A stretch of 64,000 nt of DNA, from assembly GCA_964658305.1 (NCBI GenBank), contig OZ210885.1, positions 19,220,001 to 19,284,000 on the forward strand, written 5' to 3'. Position 1 is the first letter of the stretch; each line of letters begins with the position of its first letter. The stretch is from Leptogorgia sarmentosa. Lineage: Eukaryota. A program made the position numbers and the translations under genes. The notes below the pieces were generated by a model. The model worked only from the letters and a program-made list of their open reading frames with translations, made no database searches and had not been told where the DNA came from. Shown here one piece after another: positions 24,586 to 36,614 of the stretch.

Positions 24586-25284
24586 CTTGAGGTTAGAAAA
24601 CAATAAAATATGCATGCGCAGTCCCTTCGACTGCTGAGCTATTTCCTCAGGACGCGCGCACACTTGGAGGAAAATGTCATTCCTGCCAAAAGTATTCAAC
24701 ATGTTGAATATTTGTCGCCGATAGCACGCGTGGCAGAAATCACAGAAAACGGCTGCGCACACTAGAGGAAACAGCTTACGCCAACGTTCACGAGTGACGC
24801 TCAGCTTAGCTGTTTCCTCTAGTGTGCGCCGGGCTTAAGAAGCTTGGTGAAATACACACTGATGAAAGAAATTGATGATCAATGCAGCAAACTTTGCATA
24901 AGAAAAGCTCAAAAGGATGGACGGCAGCCCTCTGTTCTTCACGTTAAGCGCAAGGATACTAAACAACAGTTGATAGAATTTTCATGGGTAAAAATATTGG
25001 AAGAAATGAAACAAAGAGCACCTGATGTTTTGGATTTACTTTGTGCAATCAGTATTGCAAAACTCAAAGAAATGGACAAACAAGTCGCCCCTCTCTGTGT
25101 TGCTTATGGTATCTTGCTGAATAATAGATGGAAGGAACTCAACCTGATTCAGAAAATCATTACAACCTTATTTGGAGTGGGAAATTGTACAGCAAAGGTG
25201 TGCATATAATCATAGGAACATATATTCTATAGGTGCATGTACAGTGCTGACCATATTGATGGAGTACCAACGATAACATCCTAA

Positions 25285-25485
25285 TATTACTGAAACGATA
25301 GAGTCTTGCACATCAAGGTATTGATCAAATACATCTGGTAAGAGCTGATAAATAAGAGATTTACCATAACCAGTTGGCAACACTGCTAGAATATCCTTGC
25401 CATCAATCACGACGGAAGATATGCATTTTATTTGCTCTTTCTTTAACGTGAAATGAAGGCTACTTTTTGCCAAAGCATTTTGCAT
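25285..25485 (-). pseudogene. RecQ-like superfamily 2 helicase N-terminal fragment (AcademH second gene)
   Basis: LKKEQIKCI..GKDILAVLPTGYGKSLIYQL (Q motif and Walker A), truncated shortly after. Confidence 0.8.
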
Positions 25486-25816
25486 CGCTCGCTTTAGTTT
25501 CTCCAAGGATAAAAACGCACGAAACCTTTCTTTTTCGCTTACAATTGGTGTAAAATGTGTATAAAATGTGTAGATTTTAATATATTGCGATATATTTGGA
25601 GCCCGCATACAAACAGTCTAGCGACTTAACGAGAAGTTGAAAAGAGCATGCGCTGCGTAAGAAATCTTACGCAGACGATTCAATGACGATTCCGTTTCCC
25701 CAGAGCCAATGCCAAACCTAACCCGCGAACAGGCATTGCTCTGGGTACGAGATTGTTCGACGCCTTGGTTAATTTAGATTTTTCTTCGCAAGGCGTTTTT
25801 CAGCTAGCTCTATTAG

Positions 25817-26086
25817 TCACTTATTTGTAAAACTCTGATAGCATTTACGATGGTATAAAAACCGGCTTGTTGGCAGTGTTTCGGCGCTACCTTCTACAAT
25901 CTGCTCATCCTCACCACTCAAAAAGGCGAAACTTTTCTCGCTTATACTTCTCGCCTTGCCATCTAAAACTGACCAACGTTTTCTACATTCTATAATTTTA
26001 CACAATGATGCTTTTTTTGCCGCAATTAATGTTTCATCGATTTCAGAAACCGCAGAAAAATGAATAAAACATTTGCTTTCAGACAT
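25817..26086 (-). pseudogene. N-terminal fragment of another Academ-like transposase
   Basis: CFIH..YHRKCYQSFTNK parallels CIFC..WHITCYAHFTDK at the start of the 20704 ORF. Confidence 0.5.
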
Positions 26087-26253
26087 TGTAATTTGAGTAT
26101 TTCGTGACGTTTCATGTTGTTTTTACCATGTGTTTTATTGACCAATAGAAAAACATACAGAACTTTGTGGCAGTGCTTCTATTCTGGAAAAATAATTTCT
26201 TTATTTTTGTCAAAATTTCCTTGGACTGAAGTTGATGAATTTTACCTACTTTA

Positions 26254-26750
26254 AAGTGTTACTGCAACGAATTTTTCGACCCCTTTTTTATTGGCTTATT
26301 TTAAAGTACTTACTCTCGGAATATGTTTACCGCAAACAGAATTAAAATTGCTCTTTTCAAACGGATTTTATAGCCTTTCAAAGTTGCGATTTTTGGCTAC
26401 TTCCGTGCGAAATTTTCGACCACCATATTAATGCCGTGTGACGTCACAAGTGTAACACATTTTCAACATGGCGTATATTTCTAATAGATGTAAAGCTACT
26501 CGCGGAGGAAAACGCTGCGTTGCTGGTGGTCCTAACTTAGTTAGCTGCGCCAATGATAGCAAAACTGAAGGAATGTCTATGCATCTATTCCCTAATGAAG
26601 AACCAGATGCTCAGACCGAATAAGTGCGTGAAATTTGTCTGTAAACATAACCCGGGTTTTGACGCTACGGCGACCTTGTGCCTTCACTTTGAAGATTCGT
26701 GCTATGATATGAATCTAGAGTTAGCAAAATTGCTAAATATTAACTTGCTA
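26254..26750 (+). mobile_element. Kolobok-like 5' fragment with a decayed THAP domain
   Basis: TTAA followed by AGTGTTACTGCAACGAATTTTT, sharing GCAACGAA with the 36316 TIR. ATG near 26468 reads CVAGG..SC..SMHLFP..VKFV..LCLHFEDSCY. Confidence 0.6.
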
Positions 26751-26754
26751 TGAA

Positions 26755-27117
26755 TTATCTCAATGTTGAAAAAAATATCAGGAGAAGGAGAGTCAGCTGC
26801 TGAAGGCCTGCTTGTGCATCTACAAAAGTTGAAGTTTGTTGTATCCTGTTTAGTTTTGAAGAAGTGTTTCGGTCTTAGCAAGTCAGTTTCTGAATATCAA
26901 AACATGGACTTGGTCTTGCAGTATCCGGTGTGCAATCTCTCTCCTGGCTATCTTGTACGAAATTGATGGTGAAGTTGTCGAAAATCAGTTTATTTTATTC
27001 TCCAAGTCCAACAAGATTAGAGATTGGATAAATGAATACGAAGAGTTCGTAAAAAACGAAACAGAGAAGTGAATGTGATTCTTCGTTGGAAAAACGTACA
27101 CCATGGCGACGCACCTG
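26755..27117 (+). mobile_element. hAT transposase fragment plus a probable right terminus
   Basis: AEGLLVHLQKLKFVVSCLVLKKCFGLSKSVSEYQNMDLV parallels 55587-55835. Ends TGGCGACGCACCTG at 27117. Confidence 0.5.
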
Positions 27118-27799
27118 GTTACAGGGTAATTCATCATGTTTTTTGCCCATTAAATCATTCAATTTGGTATAACAATATCACTAAAATCTTCTACATGCTG
27201 GAATCCCTCGAGGATTATAGAATCCCTGTGGCCATGATATGCCAATCAATTCAAAATCTACCCATTTAGGATAACATATAGCAGGACTTATTTGTATCAT
27301 AATGACAAGTATATTAGGAAAGCAATTTCCAATATTTTTACATGATAAAATAGCAAGCTGCTATCAATAGTTAAATACTGCTGTGAACAGAGCTCATAAG
27401 ACAATTCTACTTTTGAAGGTTTAGAGCTCAAATAATTTACAAAAAGGGACAAGAACTTTTTGCAAGAAGGAAATTGACTTTGATAGAAACTTTGTGCAAT
27501 TTTCACAGAAGATGTGAAAACTGAAAATGCAGTAGTTGTCGTCACTCAAGTTAACAAATAATGATTTACTAATTAATATACAGCCATTTCTATTTATGAA
27601 TTTACCTACAGGCGGTTGCAAGCCCCCTTGCCTCACACAGAAATAAACAAGGTTTATACAAGTCATATTCCTTATGTTGTAAAAAAGGGATTGCACGACA
27701 AATGAGATGTAGACAAATACTCCTATTTCACTCTAAGAACACAACATTTGGTAAGCAATATGATATCCGCAACCTTTGATGATCTGTGGACTGCACCCA

Positions 27800-28584
27800 A
27801 GGATGTTCTAGACAAGTTTATGAACGTATTCATGGTTGTTATTCCTCCAACCCTGACTCCTCAAATAACTACTCCTCAATTCGAGATGAACATTTCATAT
27901 CTAGTCTTCTCTCCTGGCTCCGCAACAAATTCTCAATGGGATTGAGGTCTGGGCTTCATGTTAGCAAAAGAACACTTCAATTTTCAATTAAAATTGATTC
28001 CTCAGATAATATTCCACAATACGAATCGTTCCTGGGAGTCCTTGTCATGCTGCCATATTAAGTTATCTCCATGGAGTAATCGGACTGAAGATTGTTTGAA
28101 TTAAATTTTTCGGCGTTTTAGTCCATGGTGATATTTGGTTACATATATGTGCGCTTTATTAGTGGCTGTGCGAGGTCAGCGATATTTGGGCATAATCTCT
28201 TAACAGCCTCTCTCATCAAAAGCCTGTCTTCGTGAATCCTTGTCTTGTGCGGTGTTCCAGAACCTGGCATTCATCCAGCACTCTCACTTTCCTTCATACG
28301 ACTTTTTTTGCCCAAGAATAGCCGAGTCTATCTTCGTTGCTACTTTCCAAGCACTCGCGTCTAGCACGGGGTGAGTCCAATATTGAAGGTTTCTACCTAT
28401 CTTCTTCTTCTTAGCCCTTTCTTCTCATTTGCTTCCTCGATGGCAACAGTTTCCCATCACTTTTAGCACGAACTATTTGTTGAATGCTTGTGATGCAATA
28501 TATTTTATCCATACCGCATGTGCATCTACATTTACACAAAAAGCCCTTTTTAAATAGGGGGCTCTTTTTTTTGGCAACCCCCTG
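27800..28584 (-). mobile_element. Decayed Tc1-like element (5' end and transposase scraps)
   Basis: Terminus TA|CAGGGGGTTGCC on the minus strand at 28584. PGSGTPHKTRIHEDRLLMR near 28250 and SPDLNPIENL near 27940. Confidence 0.7.
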
Positions 28585-29009
28585 TAGTATGTTTTGAAAT
28601 TTCACGGTGTGACTTCGAAATATAGATGTTGTCTTTTTTCACATTTTGTGAGGTTTTTACACTTTTTTTGACATTCACCGTTGATAATAGAATATACAAC
28701 ATATCTCACTTTCAGTCCTTCGAACAAATTTATCGCTAAATAAATAAAATGCCTAAATATGTCGAAAAAACTGAAAAAAAACACTGCAAAACTGAAGTTT
28801 TTATTAAAAAACCAGGGGGGTGTGGAAACGTAGCGGGCTCATAAATCGAGCCCTGGTCAGCGGTAATTCTGTGAGGTTTTCGGACCAGTTGTCATGGAAA
28901 TGGCATCAGCAAATGATGAATTTTTGGCTTCACTCTTTGTTTGCATGTACTTCCTCCAGTAATTTAGTATAGCTCAGTGGTCGCTTCGCGATTTCTCGCC
29001 TTTTCACAC

Positions 29010-30608
29010 CATAGATATAGGAAGCCTAGATTGCTGACTCCATATAAAATGTGTGGCAACATTTGAAAATCCAAGATGGCTGCTCAACCGGTCAAATTAA
29101 TAGGAGCTAATATAGAAAAAACCATGTTTTTCCCATTTTACGACCGCATAACGTTTCTGATCACATTTTAGCACCATTTTTGTATCTGCGCATGCAGTTA
29201 CACAGATATATTGCTATCGGGTCCGTGTGTGTGTTTGTGTGTATGTGGAAATGTTAGACACTAGGGCAAAGCAAGTTCTTGCGGGCTAAATATTACAAAA
29301 TGGCGGCTGATATAGGCACGAGCTAAAGAGTGGTGATGTGTTTGATCGTGGATTTTGGATGTAATGGCCACAGCAACGAGTATTTTGACAGAAATAGAGG
29401 TTAATTTATAAGCGTTTATGCCGTTTAGAATACTATTTACTAAGGATATTTATACACAAAAATATTATGACACAAATTATACATTGGCATTGCTTTTAAA
29501 GATATATTAAAGAGGTCTGCTATAGAATTTTGATCATCAAAGAAAAAATATGACGCAAATCATGCATTGTATTATCTTGAACACAGCGAATATTTAACAT
29601 TATGAAAGAGGTTCATGTCTTGACAAAATTGCGCGTATATTTTGCCAACGATTCTTTAGCGTGTCGGTACTGACTCTGACTCATTCGCACATGTTTGGAC
29701 TGCCCACAGACTGCTGTATCATTGTGAATTTGTGATCATGGAATATCTACTATATGTTGACGCTTCGTCATACAGAATGGTTGAAACATTCAATCCCAGG
29801 AAATGTATCTTGTAATAAAACGGGTTTGTGCGTTTATTAAGCCCGAGACAATAACATGAAATACAATATCATATCTTGTCAAGTTTCAATTCCTTATGCA
29901 ATTTGATACATAGGCGCAGATACATGTACACTTTGTATACCTATTTTCTGGAAATAACTACCCGTGCTGAAGGTTTTGGATGAAAATTGTGCAATTTGAT
30001 TGGAATTAACCCCGAAATAATCGATCGTAAAGTGCTGCCAAAACAGTCACTTGACTTGGTTCGAGACATTTCAGGTCAAGAATGAAGCTTTTGGATAAGT
30101 TTGAGGTGTTGGAATATTCTATAGGACTTTTGTGAAAGATTAGAAATAGAAAGCGGCGTGTTGGTAGAGAGACAGGAAGCGATTTGCGTCCACAATTCTC
30201 ACTGTATATTTAGTCGTCGTTTCGGGAAGTGTATTTTGACCGAGTTGTCTGTGAAGGGAATTCATCCAAGAGGCCAAAGTTTACAAAACATATTCTTTCT
30301 GGCAACGATTAGTTGAAGAAAAATAAGTTAGTTTACCGGTTGATAGGCTCGATTATTTCGGGGTTAATTCCATTCAAATTGCACGATTTTCATCCAAAAC
30401 GTTCAGCACGGGTAGTTATTTCCAAAAAATGGTGCTAGAATGTGATCGGAAACGTTATGCTATCGTAAAATGCGAAAAACATGGTTTTTCCTATACTAGC
30501 TCCTATTAATTTGACCGGTTGAGCAGCCATCTTGGATTGTTCATGTTTGCCACATGCGTCAGCATATAATTATTCTACAGTCAGCAATCTAGGCTTCCTA
30601 TATCTATG
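29010..30608. mobile_element. Non-autonomous element with long TIRs and 8-bp TSD (P- or hAT-like, CATAGA termini)
   Basis: CATAGATATAGGAAGCCTAGATTGCTGACT at 29010 with its complement ending 30608. About 250-bp imperfect TIRs once the HINE is removed. TSD TTTCACAC / TTCCACAC (1 mismatch). Confidence 0.85.
29177..29947 (+). mobile_element. Helentron-associated interspersed element (HINE, DINE-1-like), copy 1
   Basis: TTTTT-GTATCTGCGC subTIR, GTCCGTGTGTGT microsatellite, 3' GCGCAGATAC subTIR, short hairpin GTACACTTTGTATAC, then CTATTTT. Inserted in a T-run without a TSD. A second copy is at 61580-62369. Confidence 0.8.
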
Positions 30609-30803
30609 TTCCACACGCCCCCATTCATTCGCTTTCCTCATTTTTCCAGTTATTGATTATAATTTTCCTCAATTTCCCAGTTCTTTTATTTTCATTTTGC
30701 TAGTTATTTTGAAAAATATCAAGTGACCGGGGGCGCTTTTAAACCTTCCTCACAGGTGGTATTCGCATACCCACAGCTTTCTTGCAACTCTGTAGTTAGT
30801 ATA

Positions 30804-31076
30804 CAGGGGGTTGCCAGAAAAAAAGAGCCCCCCTATTTAAAGAGGGCTTTTTGTGTAAATGTAGACGCACATGCAGTATGGATAAAATATATTGCCTCAC
30901 AAGCATTCAACAAATAGTTCGTGCTAAAAGTGATGGGTTTTAGCCAATCTCACTGTAATCAGTGTGAAACTGTTGCCATCGAGGAAGCGAATGAGAAGAA
31001 AGGGCTAAGAAGAAGATAGGTAGAAACCTTCAATATTGGACTCACCCCGTGCTAGACGCGAGTGCTTGGAAAGTAG
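30804..31076 (+). mobile_element. Second, oppositely oriented 5' end of the same Tc1-like family
   Basis: Reverse complement of 28340-28584 with an extra segment of about 29 bp. Starts TA|CAGGGGGTTGCC. Confidence 0.85.
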
Positions 31077-31134
31077 GTCTATAATGCCTATATATACATC
31101 TAACAAATGGATTGTCCAATTATGTTTTTTGACA

Positions 31135-32870
31135 GAAAATGAATTGAATACTTCAATTGAAGAGAAAGAGGCCAATCAAAGAGAATTAGCAGAGCAACAA
31201 CAAAAGCTGGATGAAATTACCAGCCAATGTGAAAACCTCAAACTCTCCTGGACCAGAAAGGTTATTCTCGAACAAGAAGAGACAACACTAGAACAACGCT
31301 TGAACATATTAGAAGCCGCACCTCAAGCCTTTGCTTTAGAAGACGTAAAGAGACCAAGAATGTTTTGGAGTACATCCATGGGGGAGGAGAAGGGTCATTG
31401 ATTGGTACTTGGGATTACCTAGCCGCAAATGCCCCAAAAGAATTGATGGACGACCTTATTAGCAAGTACAAAAGAGGGAAATATTTAGAAGGTAGGACAC
31501 AAGCTATTTCATTTAAGTATGCAAATTTTTTGTCCCGCAGGAAGTGTAACTTGCTTTGTAAAACACAGTCTACTGTGTTTGATTCAAATAATGAAGTATT
31601 GGTCCCTCGTAATGTTAAGTGTTTGGGTCTTGATGTGCAAGTCTCCCTCTCCAAAGTATCTGATGAGGTAGTATTAACCAAATTCCTAATGTACCCGGCG
31701 TCACTAGGACAGTGTTCATGATAGTTGATCTGCATCCAAGATTGCCACATCTCCACTGGCGGCTTGTGTGGTTCAATGACAATAGAAACCATTTCATTTT
31801 CCAGTTCTCCGATGATGGTGCCCCTGAGACCAGCCAGGTCACAATGTCAGTAGGTAGTTTGACATTCTGGAATTTAGGAGAGAGGATCAGGAGTCGAGAA
31901 TTCTAATATCATGAGGTTCTTGGGTCTCTTTGGCAACAGCATGCTGATGAAATGCTGTTGCTTGAATCAAGTGTTTTTACTCTATGCTATAGGGAATGCA
32001 CTTTTGAATTCCAGCCTAGTGCAAATATGAGCTGGCAGAGTTGGGCTTGCGATGAGGTGAACAATGCAGCAACCTATCTTTCTCCATATGCTAATGTTCA
32101 CAAGGGTAACATGTGTACCATGGGTGGCAGTATTGGTTTCAACAATAATTGTGGCAGCCTTATTCTTGTGTTATCTGAGAGAAGCACTTGGATACGGTAA
32201 ATACATATCTGACTACCCTCCCAAAACAACTATGTAGTAAGGCTATGCATGCTAAGAATTTTTCCTTTATGGCTGGCAATGGCATTCGCCAACTGGGAAA
32301 GCCCCGAATTGGGGTTTTTGCGGATTGGGTAAAACCGGATCCACTCCATTGTGAAATCAATGCCTGGCAACATCTACTGGATCTAATTGATGGTGAGGCA
32401 CTGAGGCGGGTTTGTTTTGACAAGTTCATAGAGATATTATCTGCACCTGTTGGTTTGGATGTTTCTGAAAGTAATTATACTGCTATTGGAGTATCAGAGT
32501 CTTCTGGAGTACCTTTTTCAGAAAGTGCTGTATTAGACTTACCCAATGGGGATAAAGAAAATGTGTTGTCAGGTAGTCCCAGTAGTGATTTATCTGATAT
32601 TGCTAAGGTTTCGCCAGAAATTACCAGGCACTTTTCAGTGCTAGACTTGCAAAAGCAAACTGCTGCTGACAACATGAATGCCATGCCATAAATGCATCAA
32701 GTACTGCATTCAATAAACCTTGCACTAGTAATTCTTCAGTATATGGATGTGGGTTAAGCTATTTAAGCTATTACAGTGGTGAAGGAAAACGCTTCAACAA
32801 GCTGAGTATCCGTCTCATTGGTGAGCAGGCAATAGTTCTTGCCCAGCATTGCTATCGACTAATTGAGTAA
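31135..32870 (+). pseudogene. Decayed Transib/RAG1-core-like transposase
   Basis: Ordered motifs across frames: FSDDGAPET, FEFQPSANMSW..EVNNAATYLSP, PDPLHCEINAW (compare RAG1 DALHCDIG), IRLIGEQAI. N-terminal coiled coil. Confidence 0.5.
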
Positions 32871-33403
32871 TATTGTTTCATCGATATAGTATATTATAGT
32901 ATATATGTTTGAAAATCCAAACCTTGCATATAACACAACCCTTGCAGTTTGTGTTTATATCTGTATAAATGTAACATGTATGCACAGATCCTTTTTAATT
33001 AGAGCACTAGGCTAGAATGTGATAACGATGATCTGTATGGTATTGTACATATGGTACCTTGTTTTTGAAAATATACTTTTTACTATTTTAATACCTATAA
33101 ATGTCTACAATGTCTTCAATAAAATGTTAAAACAGATGTCCACAAGTGTTCCAATCATTAACTTATTGCAAATGAAACTTACACAGCCAGGCACATTGCG
33201 GCTTAGTGGGTAAACAAGAGATGTTAACACATGGATTTAAATAATGGGTATTATTCAACCCACCAAGGTGCATTTGTCTTCTCTAAATTAATAAAACTGT
33301 TTGGTATAAAATTGAGATGGACCCATTTTGTCTGTTAGAAGAGAGGTTGAGGTTTGTCTGTTAGAAGAGAGGTTTATTCTGACTCACTAATGAAAGATTA
33401 AAC

Positions 33404-33802
33404 CTAATAGAACCCGCCGTAACCAACAGTGATGTTGAATATGTGGCGCAAAATAGTGTAGGGCACGAACAATTTTACGGGTGGGATTAGTCCTGTATTG
33501 CGGGATCTTCTGAGCTTTGCGTGTATTGCTTTTCCCACTTCGCAAAGAAAACCATCTATCAGCGGCCCAGTCAGCTCAAGCTTGTTTGAAGCGCGCTCCT
33601 CAAGAATTGCATCAAGATTGCGCATGCCGTAGTTTGGCTTCTCTTCACATTTCCACACTGCGTCCAACCAAAGCTTTTCAACACTGAACTTCATTTCAAT
33701 AGAAGCCTTATTCCAAAACAGTTCAGATCGCTCCATATCATCGCCAGATGTGCCAAGATTCATGCTAGAAAGTGTAGATAAGACATTACCCATGTCCGCC
33801 AT
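33404..33802 (-). CDS. Unknown protein (5' part), convergent with the RAG1-like remnant; possibly its partner gene
   Basis: Good start context AATATGGCGG and a 132-aa globular-looking ORF. No recognisable domain. Confidence 0.4.
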   Translation of the reverse strand: MADMGNVLSTLSSMNLGTSGDDMERSELFWNKASIEMKFSVEKLWLDAVWKCEEKPNYGMRNLDAILEERASNKLELTGPLIDGFLCEVGKAIHAKLRRSRNTGLIPPVKLFVPYTILRHIFNITVGYGGFY

Positions 33803-33901
33803 ATTTGCGTTGAGTTATGAGGAAATCACTAATGGGAAAAACCACATTTGCTAAATGCGAGCCCGCACTTCCGGGAGCGAAGTATGTAGGAACCAACCAC
33901 C

Positions 33902-35920
33902 GTGGATACGCCTGATAATTTATGTGATACAGAAAATGCCAACCATCCCAAAGATATAAATAATTACATAAATAGGTTATCCACTCTGTCAAATACTGAA
34001 AGATATGATCTTCTTAATTGTCACCTCTTTGATGGTGAAAGTACGCACAACACTAGTAAGGTGCAACAACTAATGACCTCTCCCCTTCTACCCAAACGAT
34101 CCACTGTACAGAAATTAAATCGGCATGCACTGAATTCGAAAGTTCATGAAACTGCCACCCTCTGGGCAACAGAGTCTAAACACATGATAGAACGAAAAAC
34201 GATTCCTATTGATGTCCATTTGAATAAAGCGCGACAGCAATTAATTGAAAAAAAATAGGATGTGTCTTCATCCCATTATTGATGCTGTTATTACTTGTGG
34301 AAGACAGAACATTGCACTTCGAGGACACCATGACGATTCAAAGCATTACATCGACGATGACACAACAAATCCTGGTAATTTCATTGAGATTGTGTGAGGT
34401 ATGGTGCAAGATGTGGCAACCTAATGGATGAGCTTTTCAAGGATTGTCCTTCAAACCAGACGTATAGATCGAAAACCATTCAGAATGAAATTCTAGAAAT
34501 ATGTGGCGAAATGATTACTGAAGTGCTTGTAGGTGAGATAAAGGACGCAAAGTTTTTCTATATTGGCTGACGAAGCTACAGGTTGTGCTAATGTGGAACA
34601 ACAGACAACCTATCAAACATATGTGAGGTTCCTGGGTTTTATTCCCTGTCAAAAAGGTTTATCTGGAGATACTCTTTTGGGCGAAATTTATACATTCGTA
34701 AATGGCATTGGTCTAAGCTTGGAAAACTGTCGTGCCCAGGGGTATGATGGGGGTGGAAACATGGCAGGATAAATTTTCGGGAGTCGCCGCTAAAATACAG
34801 AGAAAGTACGAGAAAGCTATATACGTTCATTGTAATTCACACATATTGAATCTTTGTGTTGTGTCCTGTCAAATAAAGATTGTTCGAGATATGATGGATA
34901 ACGTCCATAAAGTCTCAGATTTTTTCAACAGCTGACCGAAACGAACGCTGGTGTTAAGGAGTAAGATTCAGGAGTTACTTCCTCCACAGTGCCAAGAGAA
35001 GCTTTTGAATGTTTGCCCCACAAGATGGGTTGCACGAATCGATGGCTTAAAGATCTTCAAGAGCTGCTACGTTGCTCTTCTTTCAGCACTTGAATCGATC
35101 AGATGCCTGTTATAGAGCCGCCGGTATGAGGAAAGCTGTAAAGAACTTCGAGTTTATTGTGCACCTTTTTTGTGGAGCGTTGCCTAAAGTGTACAAACCC
35201 ATTAACCCTGCAACTACAGTCGTCTTCACTTGACACTGGAAAAGCTTGGGAAAAATTGTTGCTTCTTTACTTGACGATTAACGAACTTCGTTCTGTGAAT
35301 GTCGACCCAAATAAAAAGAGAACCACTGGACACCAAGTACATCTTCAAAATGTCCCTGCTAATTCAACATCAGACTATTATAAGAGAGCAGTAACTGTAC
35401 CTTTCCTTGATCAACTTTATGGACAAATACACTCTCGCTTCTCAGAAGGAAATCTTAATGTCCTAGATGCCATGTACAGAATGCCAAAGCAATATTTTAT
35501 CCGAACCTAACTGGAAAGAAAACTTTTCTCGCTTCCTTAAGAAATACGAAGAAGATTTACCAGACATCGACTTCCTCGAGTGCCAACTAAGGATGTGGAG
35601 ACTGTATTTTGGTAATTTCACAGGTCCTCTTCCAACTTCTCTGGAAGAACTTTTACCTCATCTGGATCGATTTTCTTTTCCAAACATCCTCACTGCTATG
35701 AAGATTTTGGCACCATTCCCATGACAACGTGAGAGGTCTATCTCAACACTTCGGCATTTGAAAACTTACCTGAGAAGTACAATGGGAGAGAAGAGATTGC
35801 GCACGCTTGCACTACTGAACGTTCATCGTGAAATCCATCTAGATATTGAGAAAGTAATCGACCGTTTTGCTCTAAAGCATCCAAGAAGAATGTTGTGGTG
35901 GATTTACTAAATAGCGATGA
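33902..35920 (+). pseudogene. hAT transposase (THAP12/PRKRIR-like), heavily disrupted
   Basis: GRQNIALRGH, NPGNF, SKTIQNEI, ADEAT, RAQGYDGGGNMAG, HCNSHILNL, TRWVAR, ERSISTLRHLKTYLRSTM, HPRRM. Confidence 0.9.
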
Positions 35921-36614
35921 ATAGGCGCAACTCTAGCGAGAGGACGTGACCAAAATTAAATTTATATTTTATGATAACAAACTTCAATATACAGCCTCAA
36001 CAACCAACGAATGTTCTATGTTCTATGTTCTACAACAGGATTCGACATAGTATGGCCAATGTAGGCTCCAAGATGGTCTACAGTGAACATTCTCTACCTA
36101 TTATATAATTCTATACTATAACGTTGCGGCTCTAAGATGGTCTACAGCGAACATTGGTCTACAGTGCTGTGAAATATATACAACACTAGTCGCTGATCTA
36201 CAGTGGACATTTGCTCCTCATTTCGTGTTGCTGCTTCAGGATGTGCTACTGAGACAATGAACATTTTTTTTTTACTTATATCGCGTTTCTCGGACAAGAT
36301 GATTCTCGTATTTAAAGGACATTGGCAACGAAAATTTTTATTGCCCGTTTTGAAAGTGCTACATAACCTAACAACAAATCTGGTATTAGTTCTTGTCTAA
36401 ACATTTTAGTTTATGAGTTATTTGCTTTTGAATCCACCCTAAATCTGCATGTCGTCGGCCATCTTGGATGAAAATCTCAAAAAATTATATCTTGCGTAAC
36501 ATGACCCAGTGACGTCATAAGATGGGTTCGACGCAAACAACAATATAGTTTTGTATGGTGCTCTGCAGTGAGTGGTCTTGTTTTTGAAAGATTTTTGCAT
36601 TGTAAATTGTTTTA

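Larger units (their letters stand above)
21549..24835. mobile_element. PIF/Harbinger transposon, full length
   Basis: 224-bp near-perfect TIRs (21549-21772 and 24612-24835) starting AGCCCGGCGCACACTAGAGG. TSD TAA at 21546-21548 and 24836-24838. Confidence 0.97.
14826..25755 (+). mobile_element. Internally deleted AcademH-like element hosting the AcademX and Harbinger insertions; left end not found
   Basis: Plus-strand pieces 14826-15453 (ICRSC Zn-finger-like), 21436-21548 and 24839-25197 (SVLH..FSWVKILEEMKQRAPDVL..AYGILLNNRW). A convergent RecQ-like fragment follows. The right terminus ..CTCTGGGTACGAGATTG at 25755 resembles the TIR of the 47508-48654 element. Confidence 0.6.

Noticed and set aside
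28600..28855. hAT-like end AAATCGAGCCCTG at 28855 (similarly GGATCCGCCATTG at 46609)
   Set aside because: Single short termini with no partner end or TSD.
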